A stretch of DNA of 64,000 nucleotides, taken from positions 14,261,834 through 14,325,833 of the forward strand of contig CM082579.2 in NCBI GenBank assembly GCA_040954595.2. The letters run 5' to 3'. The notes under the pieces were generated by a model. That model made no database searches. It was not told where the DNA came from and was given only the letters and a program-made list of their open reading frames with translations. This stretch comes from Balanoglossus misakiensis (lineage: Eukaryota > Animalia > Hemichordata). A program made the position numbers and the translations under genes. This document shows, one piece after another, positions 10,436-20,082 of this stretch (position 1 is its first letter; each line of letters opens with the position of its first letter).

Positions 10436-12676
10436 TCACAGCATAAGTTTCTTGAGTTTATTTGATATTTTACCAGTGACAGCTGCTTTTTTTATGTCAT
10501 CCATAATTGGGTCAACACATATTTCACAGGCAGTCATTGTTTCATTTTTCAAATTGCCACACATACAGTAGCCTGCATTCTCATAATATCGACTGGGAAT
10601 GTATTTTTCTTTTTCTTTAAGCTCAAATTGACCTACATTTGCCCTTCTATAGTTGTCAGCTTTTGGACTTTTGTTCCTCAGCCAAAAAAGCATCACATAT
10701 TCGTGTCGAAATATGAGGGCCCACCTATTTTGAGGTGTAGAATTTTCACTGAATTCTAGCAGGCGTAGATGCTTTGCCTCTCTGCCTTCCATTGTGTTTA
10801 GGCCTAATCCCAGACTGAATTGCTTATAGATACTAGTGGTGTGTTTTGGGACTACATAACCAATGTGCCACACAGTATTATTGACATTCAGAAACAGGGA
10901 ATGTAGATTAAAGTACCACCGACACTTATGCCTAAGTACAAGCAAATCTCCCTCATTTATGTTGAATCGTGAGAATAACAAAGTGATATCTCTAAGCAAG
11001 ATACTAGTATATGTGTAGAGAGCTAATTGAGCCCGACGCTTTGGACTGTCTGTATCGCTTCTCAATGCTAATACCAATCCCATGAAATGCCAAGCAAGTT
11101 TGCGAGACTCCTCACCAGTGAAGCGATAAACCACATTAATGTTGGCATTTGACTTGACACTATTTTCATTGAAGTATTTTACAATCTTATTATACAACTT
11201 TCCAGCTTTTACTTGATATTTTAGGGCAGACAGGAATTTGTACAGATATGACTCGTTAGGTAGATTCTCAATTTTAACTCCATTTTCACGACCCTTTTCC
11301 GAAGTGTGGGCAACTGCGTCAATCAGTAATCGTTGGAAGTAGTATTGCCATGCATTGTTCTTTAAATGCAATGGCTCAGCCTTGGCACAATCAATAAATC
11401 TACCCAACGGTGGTACAAATTCCTGTCTTGACCTCAGACTGGCTATAAATTGTGTGATTTTGGGTCGCACTGTTTTGGGCTTTCCAGTTTTAATTTTCTT
11501 AGTTGACTTCAACTTTTCAACAGCTTCTGCATCTTTTATTCTTTTCTGATATTTCCATTCATCCCACTTCTGACCTGGGCCAATTTCTGCTCCAATACAA
11601 TCAATATCATTTTTGGAAACGTTAGCAAATGAGCTGAAATACTTTGCTGCATTGCTTAGTTCTCCAGACACACTGGCCAATCCCTTCTGATCAAAGGGTA
11701 AAAGTGACACCTGAAAAGTTACATCAAGACTGCCAACTTTATATTTACGTTTCTCAATACACTCAAGGTCTTTTGACAATGCAATTGCAAATTCAATCAT
11801 TATGGGGTCATCCTCTTTTATGTTTGCCCCTAATAGGAGAAAATTGTGGTCTGGGCTAGCAACACGGTGGGTCACATTCAAGAAACTAACTAGCCATGCA
11901 GTGGCCTGTCCATGTTTGCCAAACGGAGCCCCGTCAGCACCTATACTGATTTGAAATGAGCCCTCCTGTTTACCGAACCAGTTAAGAATATCAGGCTGTG
12001 TTTCCCCCATATTTAAATATAAACTGGCAATCTTAATAAGCAACTCCTCAGGGTTTCTTTTTAAGCCGACTTGTTTGCCTTCAGATGATATAATTGGCTC
12101 AAGATTTCCAATGTCAAGGTTACTTACATACTGTACAACTTTTGTGTATGGGAGCAGTCTTGGTATTCTACAGCCAGAATGAATTTCTAATGCTTTCCTA
12201 GGATGTTTCAAGTTGGAGAACATCTGAAGTTCACTCTGCCTCAGACAGTTATATTTTCGTTTGGATAGTACTCCGCCCTCATACATAGTTCTGACACTCC
12301 TCACCAAATTGTTCTCACTTTTCTCAAATTTACTGATGTATTTATCAAATACTGATGGCATTACTTTTTTACTGATTTGGGGAGAGGTTCTGAAGTATGT
12401 TTTCATTTGGTCAGGAGTGGCAGAATTAACAAGAGTATACCACAAACCATCAAGTGCTGCTTTTGGTGGATGTAGTACATTCGGTTTATTTATACCTTTG
12501 GCTGGGCTTACATCTGTAGTTGCTACATGAATATTTATGGCTGCTGATAAGGTTTCACACCTACGTTCATACTGTTGACGTCGCGACAGCTTCAAAGATT
12601 CACTATTATCTGCACATACTTCAGTGTTCTTGTGGACCCATTTAGAGCGTTTCACATTAACATCATCAACAGGAAT
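10436..12676 (-). CDS. DDE transposase, main exon (746 aa), RAG1-core/Transib/Chapaev-like
   Basis: Motifs in order: LSRRQQYERR, LSKRKYNCLR, SIGADGAPFGK (D codon 11935-11933), LPFDQKGL (D 11692-11690), EPLHLKNN, RFTGEESRKL, WHIGYVVPKH, MEGREAKH (E 10780-10778) and C-terminal CMC-x10-CEIC. A phase-0 acceptor (TTTCAG) precedes 12676. No internal stops. Confidence 0.85.
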   Translation of the reverse strand: MPVDDVNVKRSKWVHKNTEVCADNSESLKLSRRQQYERRCETLSAAINIHVATTDVSPAKGINKPNVLHPPKAALDGLWYTLVNSATPDQMKTYFRTSPQISKKVMPSVFDKYISKFEKSENNLVRSVRTMYEGGVLSKRKYNCLRQSELQMFSNLKHPRKALEIHSGCRIPRLLPYTKVVQYVSNLDIGNLEPIISSEGKQVGLKRNPEELLIKIASLYLNMGETQPDILNWFGKQEGSFQISIGADGAPFGKHGQATAWLVSFLNVTHRVASPDHNFLLLGANIKEDDPIMIEFAIALSKDLECIEKRKYKVGSLDVTFQVSLLPFDQKGLASVSGELSNAAKYFSSFANVSKNDIDCIGAEIGPGQKWDEWKYQKRIKDAEAVEKLKSTKKIKTGKPKTVRPKITQFIASLRSRQEFVPPLGRFIDCAKAEPLHLKNNAWQYYFQRLLIDAVAHTSEKGRENGVKIENLPNESYLYKFLSALKYQVKAGKLYNKIVKYFNENSVKSNANINVVYRFTGEESRKLAWHFMGLVLALRSDTDSPKRRAQLALYTYTSILLRDITLLFSRFNINEGDLLVLRHKCRWYFNLHSLFLNVNNTVWHIGYVVPKHTTSIYKQFSLGLGLNTMEGREAKHLRLLEFSENSTPQNRWALIFRHEYVMLFWLRNKSPKADNYRRANVGQFELKEKEKYIPSRYYENAGYCMCGNLKNETMTACEICVDPIMDDIKKAAVTGKISNKLKKLML

Positions 12677-13054
12677 CTGAAAGATTAAGTGTGTGATAAA
12701 TATATACTAATTAGAATATAATCATTATATATAAAATAAAATCTTCTTACAAGTTAATCATTAATTTAAATGTCCTTGATAAGAAATACACACGTGTAGC
12801 CTGATAAGAAATACACACGTGTAGCCTGTATTTTTCTGACAACTTCTGCAATAAAAATCCTAAAAAATATATATAGTTTGTTGGAAAACCTAGATGTTTT
12901 GCATCAAAGCTGAACCCATTTTGTTATCATTGTTTACACAGGATCATGTGACATGAAGTTCAAAAAGCGAATTTGGGCTAAAATTTGAAGAGGATTTATA
13001 CAAATCTGAGATTTTTAAAATTATGACTAAGTCTATTTATCTGATCTAGCTTAC
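12677..13054 (-). other. Predicted 378-bp phase-0 GT-AG intron of the transposase gene
   Basis: Donor AAG|GTAAGC and acceptor CTTAATCTTTCAG|ATT; the phases match and join ...NNKRK to IPVDDVNVKRSKW... The intron is AT-rich and contains a 25-bp tandem duplication at 12777-12826. Confidence 0.8.
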
Positions 13055-13498
13055 CTTTCTCTTATTATTCTTTGTAGCTAAGATCTCACAAATCTTACTG
13101 TTCTTCTTCTCTAGTCTAGCTAGCTGGGTTGAGGATCTTTTTACTAGTCTCCTAGCTGCACTCAACTTATTCAACTTATCCTGAATTATGCTTTCTTCCT
13201 CATCTCTCTTTCTCTTTCTCTGTCTACACCACTCTCCTAAGTTAAACCTGTGTTTAGTCTGTCCTCTCTTTGTTCTAACTACCAATAGGTTGTTGGCCAC
13301 GCTCCCAGACAAAGATCTAGTCTTCAATTTCTCCTGATATAGTTGTTGCAAACACTTCTCTTCAGCTACCTGTCTCGCTATCTTTTGGTCCTTTGCCCAC
13401 TGGCCTATGTTGAAGTAACTTTTCCCTTTTCTATTCGGCATAACAATAGACAAACTTTTAAGAAGTGCGCTACTCCTGTTGAATAGTTTGCCCCACAT
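13055..13498 (-). CDS. Transposase first coding exon (148 aa, basic, helical)
   Basis: GCCATG start at 13498, just downstream of an acceptor (CCCTTTTCAG, exon from 13514), and ends at a GTAAG donor. The spliced product is 894 aa. Candidate upstream donors at ~13650 and ~14218 suggest non-coding leader exons. Confidence 0.72.
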
Positions 13499-14306
13499 GG
13501 CTCTAAATCTATACCTGAAAAGGGTGAACAAGAGAAATATCTTTACAATAATTATCTATCCGAGGGAAGCAAAAACAAAACACCTGCTCATTATACTTCC
13601 TCCAGAAATTGAGGTCAAAGGTGACATAGAAAGAATGTGGGTAACCTTACCATAACAATCTCGCCCGTTCATTTTTTTCTTATTTCGTTTTCACCCTCGA
13701 ATTTCCAGCGAATTATATCAAGAATATATTTTAGCACAAACTATTGGTTTCTGATTTTTCAGTTACGGTCTTATTTTCTGTCAATTCTATGAACAATATC
13801 ACCATGTCGCTGAAAATTCGAAGCGCCGCCATTACAATCAATGTAACCCGTGCTGCTGCCAAGGAACACACAGGGTCGTATATTTTCGCTTGGTATGATT
13901 TCGTCATATTGCTTGTAGCAGCATTTTAAACATGGAATCCTATGTTTACGTATAAAAGACTAAATTCGTATGGTTTTCAATTTGAAAAAAACAATTCTGT
14001 GAAGCTGAATCGTTGTAATTTTTAGTGTTTGTTTATGGTTGCTTAGGACGGCTTCTGCTATAGCAACGGCCAGGGACTGTCAGCGGGTGATCAAAATGTT
14101 CAAGTTATTTGGCTGATACACATAAATAACACAGCAGAATCGCAACTTTATTTCATATTGTCTCTGACATCTTGCTAATTTTACTAAACAAAACTTGGAA
14201 TAAAGCAATATTACTCACCGAATTATGCTGTGCATCGACAGCTGTGTTCGATCGCGAACGCCATTACTGTGTCTAATTAAATATTCATGAGCTTCATAGG
14301 CTGCCA

Positions 14307-14347
14307 CGGAAATACTGCCCATAGGTGGCGTCGTTCAAGCTGTAGTG
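14307..14347 (-). repeat. Right bipartite terminal inverted repeat
   Basis: Reverse complement reads CACTAC, a 20-nt spacer, then TGGGCAGTATT (AATACTGCCCA at 14311-14321) followed by TCCG. Confidence 0.8.
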
Positions 14348-14351
14348 ACAG

Positions 14352-15977
14352 GTGGTGGTTCCCAGAGTGTATCGTAACCAGGTGATGAGACTAGCCCATG
14401 AATCAGTGCTGGGTGGTCACCACGGAACTCACAAGACCACAGACAAGATCCTCAGCAACTTCGTTTGGCCTGGGCTAACATCAGATGTTTCCCGTTACTG
14501 TCAGTCCTGTGATTCATGTCAACGGACACAACCAAAGGGACGGGTGACCAAGGTACCACTTGGAAGTATGCCACTAATAGATATCCCTTTCCTACGTATT
14601 GCAGTAGACCTGGTTGGCCCTATTCATCCATGCACTGAACGCAAGAATAGGTACATACTTACTGTTGTTGATTATGCTACACGCTATCCGGAGGCTGTTG
14701 CATTGACTAACATTGATACCAAGACTGTTGCAGAGGCGCTCCTGGACATCTACTCAAGAGTGGGGTGTCCACGTGAAATTCTGACAGATCAAGGAACTCA
14801 ATTTACATCAGATGTGATGCGTGAGGTCAGCCGGCTTTTGTCTATAAAGCAGAAGACTACCACCCCATACCACCCAGCATTCAATGGTCTAGTGGAACGG
14901 TTCAATGGTACATTGAAACTCATGCTCAGGAAGATGTGTGAGGAACGTCCAACATATTGGGATCGTTATCTGAATGCTTTACTATTTGCCTACAGAGAAA
15001 CGCCTCAATCGAGCACAGGATTCTCTCCGTTTGAGTTACTTTATGGGAGGAGTGTGCGTGGTCCAATGGCTATCTTGAAAGAACTATGGACTGGAGAGAT
15101 CAGTGAACCAGAAACCAAAACGACTTATCAATACATCCTTGATCTTCAAAAGAAATTAAAGAAGGCATGCGATTTAGCAAGACAAGAACTGAAGATATCA
15201 CAAGGCAAATACAAGTCCTACTACAATAGAAAGGCCAAATGGAGGAAGTTCAACAAAGGTGACGAGGTGTTATTGCTACTACCTACTGACCATAATAAAC
15301 TACTTATGCACTGGAAGGGTCCTTTTCCAGTGGTGGAGAAAGTGAGCAATATGGATTACAAGATTGACTTTGGTCATAGGGTGAAAACATTCCATGCCAA
15401 CCTGTTGAAGAGGTACTATCGAAGAACTGATCAGCTAGATGAAGTATCAGCTGGACTTCTTGAGATTGTGTGTGTATCTGTGATAGATGAGCAGAGTTAT
15501 GAATCTTCAGAAGTACAAGAGAACACAGGGGTTAAAGTAAACGATGACTTACTGCGGGTTCCTGCATTCAAGCAGAAAGAATTTGCTGCAGATGTGAATG
15601 TATGTGACAACTTGTCAGACATACAGGAGCAAGTGGTGAGGAGGTTGCTGATCAATTACAAAGATATGTTAACTGATATTCGTGGTAACACCAACCTGGG
15701 TTTCCATGACATCAAGTTGATGGATCCAACACCAGTATGCAGTAGGCCATACCCCATCCCTCATGCACTCCGTGAAGCAGTGAAAGATGAAGTCAAAACG
15801 ATGATTAAGATGGGAGTAGCTGAACCTTCAGAGAGTCCATATGCTGTTCCACTGGTAATGGTGAAGAAATCTGATGGGTCCAATCGTTGTTGTGTTGACA
15901 TGAGAAAGCTCAATCGCATAACAGTGTTTGATGCAGAGCCTACACCAGACCTGAGTGAGCTTTTTGCTTTTTGCTAA
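14352..15977 (+). pseudogene. pol: Gypsy integrase followed by the N-terminal part of reverse transcriptase
   Basis: HHCC (LAHESVLGGHH...CQSCDSC), DDE (AVDLVGP, LTDQGTQF, GLVERFN) and WKGPF, then RT motifs RPYPIP, SPYAVPLVMVKK and RCCVDMRKLN. Terminated by a 7-bp duplication (TTTTTGC x2 at 15961-15974). Confidence 0.93.
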
Positions 15978-16358
15978 GTTATCCAAGGATCACTATTTCA
16001 CTAAAGTAGATCTCAGCAAAGAATATTGGCAAGTCCCGTTGACTGATAATTCTAAACAATTGACAGCATTTATCACGCATGATGGGCTATACCAATTTAT
16101 CAAATGCCTTTCGGACTTGTAAATAGTGCTGCGACTTTTAGCAGAATTATGAGAAGATTGTTAAGAGATATGAAGAACGTAGACAACTATATCGATCACA
16201 TACTGATCCACACTGCATCATGGGAAGAACATATCAAGACAATTACAGATTTGATGAGCAGACTACGAAAGGCAAAGTTAACAGCGAGACCAACTAAGTG
16301 TTATGTGGGTTATGAGCAGATCGATTTCCTGGGTCATGTGGTTGGTCATGGTGAACTA
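15978..16358 (+). pseudogene. pol: Remainder of reverse transcriptase, frameshifted and truncated
   Basis: Reads KVDLSKEYWQVP...TAFITHDGLYQF, then a frameshift, then MPFGLVNSAATF, YIDH in place of YIDD (16188-16199) and FLGHVVG. Homology ends at ~16358. Confidence 0.9.
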
Positions 16359-16475
16359 GTCCTGTTTCAAAATGACCTACATTACAGGTCCTATGCACAC
16401 GTATTACATGTTCTGATTGGTTTATCCACTTCTCTAAGGTCCACTTGCGGCTCGCTGATTGGAGGGACCTTATGT

Positions 16476-16714
16476 GTTAGGTCTTATTACTATGTATTAT
16501 TCACCAGACCTTGTAGGTTAGGTCTTATTACAATGCATTATTCACTTTACAGCTCCCTGATTGGTTAATGTGTAGGTCTGGTCCTCCAGTGTTCACTGCC
16601 TCATTATGCAGGACCTTGTAGGTTAGGTCTTATTAATATGTATTTATTCACCATACAGCTCCCTGATTGGTTAACGTGTCAGTCTGGTCCCCCCCCAGTG
16701 TTCACTGCCTCATT
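16476..16714. repeat. Short tandem repeat, two ~105-bp units plus a partial unit
   Basis: GACCTTGTAGGTTAGGTCTTATTA...CAGCTCCCTGATTGGTTAA...CCAGTGTTCACTGCCTCATT occurs at ~16508 and ~16612. Confidence 0.75.
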
Positions 16715-18255
16715 GTGAAATGTCCCATGTGCTTCCTGGCTAGCGTTGTGGTAACATATTATTCGGGGTGTACGCAGATCGTTCATTGATTTTCTGAGAA
16801 ATAGCCTAACTGATACTATCTCCAACATAAACCGCACCCTGGAAAGATTAAATGATCTTTTAGGTGGACTTTGAAAATCTGATTAACTCATCTAAGCATT
16901 TTAGCTAAGTTGTATATTTTTTAATTATAATCATACAAAATACTTAAAAAATAAAAACAATGTTCAGTTTTAATACCCACTGATGAGGGGAAACATCAGT
17001 TTCAAATTCTTTTCATGGGAGCGCTTGAGCAGAGTTATGAGTTTTGCTCTGTGAAAGAAAATGGGGGGATTTCAAAATTTTGGCAGTTCGGAAGGGGGAT
17101 TTCAAAATATTTCGGGTTGTGAAAGGGGGGGGGGGCATGTGAAAATTAGCGGTAAAAGATGAATCCCCCCCCCCCCCTCCAGAGGTGTTTGTGAATGCAG
17201 CCTAAGAAAGAAAAAATGTGAAATGGGTCAAATATGGGCCGGACGTGCCCATTCAACTCAATTTACTTTTGTTTGCTTTAAGTAGGAATTGATCACAGCT
17301 ATATTTATTTTGGACACCTGAGCGACAAGAAAACAATCTGATTCTACATTTTAAAAAGCGTCATTGGAAAAGCACTGCAATTTTGTTTCTTGCTTTAAAA
17401 AAGTTTGGGGTGGCATGTAATAATTAAGGTGTGTCTAAATTACTAATTTGGTGCACCTCAAAGCCCTTAGCCAATGTAAATTATATCCTGCATTGTATTC
17501 ATGAAGGATATCCTCCCGCGAGGTCAATGCCATTCAATGTCAAACAGTCTCAACAAAGACCATTGGACACTCATAGCCGTTTTGTATGAAAGTGACTGGA
17601 GTACGAGATGAGTTTCATGACAACAACAAATCATGCTCAGTCTCGCTGCAGGGTCTATAATTTCAATAACGGCTAGACGCTGGACACTATCTTAGGTAAC
17701 ACTTTAGGGTCATAGTGCTGGAACGACATGTTTAAACAGGTCGTTCCGGCACTCTGACCCTTTCGGCCCCAGTCGTTTCAGCCCCCATTTTCCACGACCC
17801 AAGTCGTTACAGCCCGGACAGTAACACCCCAAACATTTCAACACTTATCAGGGAAGACCTTAGCCCAACTATTAAAACTTGGCTTGAACCTACTTAAGTT
17901 CTCCGCATGAAATATGAGCGAGCGTTGTCAGAGGACGACAGCTACGCACACTTTGGGCGTGACCGAATCAAACAGAATTGAATATTCTATATTCGGAAAA
18001 AACACCTTATCTCCGTTTTGCCGTTGACAAACCGATTTCTGTCATGACAGTTACTCCCGGGGACTGTGACAGACCATATACAGACAGTAGAGGCCGCGCG
18101 CTGGGGGTCTACACAAGTCACTACAGCTGATGTAAGCAAGTACAACATGCTTTGCTTGCAGGAATGTTCCATTTTCAATAGAGGGGTGTGTATATTCAGA
18201 GGGAATGTCAGTCGGGGCCCTGGCTGGCAACATGCGGCGTATATATTGACAATCT

Positions 18256-19183
18256 TAGCCGGGAGACCAGGGCGTCGATCTAAAATACAACGCTCGGGGA
18301 CAGTCGAGCAAGTCCTGCTGAGCTGAAAGATAGTAGTCTTGGCAACGATCGAGGTCGCTTAGTAACAAATGGATAACGAGTGATCTATCAAATGTTGACG
18401 GGCGCCAGTGGTTGGATGATATAATTAAAGGCACGTAAGCTGTAACTGGATAAAAAATTAAAGTTTTAAATAATCTCATATATGCTTTTAATTATGTCTA
18501 TTAAATGCTGTTTCATGATAATATATCAAGCTCAACACTTATTTATGACAAAATGGCCAAAAATTAAAGAAAAACGAAAATTCCTGCAATTTTAAAAAAA
18601 GCGCAATATTGCAATGAAAAATGAAAATCTGATGTCTCAGTGGTGTACATTTACTTCCATGAGCTCAAGTGGATGAGATCATGTTTTGTTTATGAAGTTT
18701 CACAACCGGAAATGCAACATTTTCATTGTTTCTTGCATTTTCCCACGGTGGCGGCCATAATCGCTTGCGGCAAAGCTTTATTATTTATCTGGTTAAAACT
18801 TGCATATGCACTCATACTTAGGGTTTATAATGCTTGTGTATTGTTCACTACCTTCATCTGTATGGACTAATGGTAGTGCAGTTTGAAACAAAAATTATGA
18901 AAATTATCCCAAAAGTTACACCTTACGTGCCTTTAACAAAGCTTGGTTATGAATATTCATACACCTTCAAAACCACTCCCACATCCCATCGCGGGAATTT
19001 CACACATGACTCCACCTCTATTTCCTTATTTAGAAGGCGACGATGTCATGTGGTTAACATTGAGTGACCAATTAGCTTACACGCAAGATTTACCACACGT
19101 GTCGTTCTACGAACAGAATTCTGTTCGTAAATAGAGACTGTCCCCGGGCGTTTCTTTTCCCCGACGCCCTGGTCTCCAGGCTA
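18256..19183. mobile_element. Non-autonomous DNA transposon with ~50-bp TIRs and a 9-bp TSD (AcademH- or MULE-type)
   Basis: Left TAGCCGGGAGACCAGGGCGTCG...CGCTCGGGGACAGTC and right GACTGTCCCCGGGCG...CGACGCCCTGGTCTCCAGGCTA. Perfect TSD TGACAATCT at 18247-18255 and 19184-19192. Superfamily is inferred only from TSD length and the TAG..CTA ends. Confidence 0.88.
18429..18932. mobile_element. Non-autonomous Kolobok-like MITE (504 bp), nested in the 9-bp-TSD element
   Basis: TTAA|AGGCACGTAAGCTGTAACT ... AGTTACACCTTACGTGCCT|TTAA: 19-bp TIR with one mismatch, TTAA TSD and purine-purine termini. Confidence 0.88.
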
Positions 19184-19616
19184 TGACAATCTCGCTGATA
19201 GGCGCAGCTGGAATTTATGTTTCTGTGGTATGATTATTGTATTTTATCAATGCACAATCACGATGGGCGAGTTTCAAGCAAGCAATTGGATTCGCTTCAA
19301 TCCCTCACTAAAATCTAGACTGCACCACTGTATAATAACACAATACAGTCTTCTAGCCTCATGGTATAAACAGGAACTCTTGTCTGCTGGACATCCGGGT
19401 ACTTTGGTCTACTGAGTGAACGCGTTACGTATAGAGGTAACGCAAAGTGAAAACCTATTTAAGGCAGCCACAACAATCAGTGTTGACGTACATACAATCT
19501 GACTAAAATCGCAGTTGGTATGACGACAGCATACTAATAATACTGTACCACATAAGTAAAACACGTCGTCGTACCGTACATCTGAATTTATTCAGATTAC
19601 TGCATATTTGCATATA

Positions 19617-19823
19617 CTGTGAAACAAGTTATTTTCGCGAGCAATACATTTTCGCGAGATACGTGAGAGCCAAAATGGTATGAAAATAAGAGGTCGCATA
19701 ATTATTTTTGAAGATAACGATGCAGTGAATGAAATAAGAGAACGCGAAAATTAATACTCGCGAAACAGTAGCCTCTCTCGATATCGTGAAAATTTCAACT
19801 CGCTAAAATAAAGTGTTTTACAG
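19617..19823. mobile_element. Small MITE with TA TSD
   Basis: TA|CTGTGAAACA..TTATTTTCGCGAG at the left and CTCGCTAAAATAAAGTGTTTTACAG|TA at the right, with internal TTTTCGCG/CGCGAAAA motifs. Confidence 0.7.
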
Positions 19824-19850
19824 TAGTTTATGTATGTAAAGTGTTCCTGA

Positions 19851-19978
19851 TGTTAACACAATCTGATTAAAATCAGATGTAGGCCTAGGGAATGGCGACG
19901 TAGTTTTTTGATGCTGCGACAGCATAAAAAACACGTCGCCGTTCCCTACATCTGATTTTAATCAGATTAGCGTTAACA
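19851..19978. repeat. ~128-bp near-perfect palindrome (hairpin-type MITE)
   Basis: TGTTAAC..AATCTGATTAAAATCAGATGTAGG..GGGAATGGCGACGT..TTTTTT.ATGCTG, a 3-nt loop, then the reverse complement. A decayed relative lies at ~19495-19598. Confidence 0.8.
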
Positions 19979-20082
19979 TAACTTTATCAGAATAAGTTAA
20001 CGCCATAACTTTGACAGAATAAGAGTTGCCTCAAACGGCTCTAACCGAATTTCCATTAATAGCAGAACAAACAAGCTGTAAT

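Larger units (their letters stand above)
8849..14347. mobile_element. 5,499-bp two-gene cut-and-paste DNA transposon (CMC/Chapaev/Transib/RAG-related), apparently intact
   Basis: Ends are CACTGCG... and ...TGTAGTG. ACA TSD at 8846-8848 and 14348-14350. Excision gives ggt gaa aag ctg tta cag gtg gtg gtt ccc = GEKLLQVVVP, joining the two pol halves in frame. Confidence 0.93.
5446..16358 (+). mobile_element. Gmr1-like Ty3/Gypsy LTR retrotransposon (PR-INT-RT order), degenerate, 3'-truncated, interrupted by a DNA transposon
   Basis: 5' LTR and PBS, gag with a SCAN-like segment and CCHC knuckle, DSG protease, HHCC/DDE/GPF integrase placed before a Gypsy-type RT. No RNase H or 3' LTR is visible. 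Confidence 0.92.

Noticed and set aside
8849-14347. Calling the element a true RAG1/RAG2 (ProtoRAG) transposon
   Set aside because: The TSD is 3 bp rather than 5 bp, ORF2 is short with no kelch or PHD pattern, and the transposase lacks the RING and ZnC2 cysteines. Only a more distant relationship is supportable.
16104-16568. 154-aa ORF as a complete RT gene
   Set aside because: RT similarity ends at ~16358, the rest is read-through into unrelated repeat, and the catalytic motif is mutated.
17060-17205. Possible MITE end (poly-G/poly-C, ...GTGAATGCAGCC-TAA)
   Set aside because: No matching opposite terminus was found, so it is too weak to annotate.
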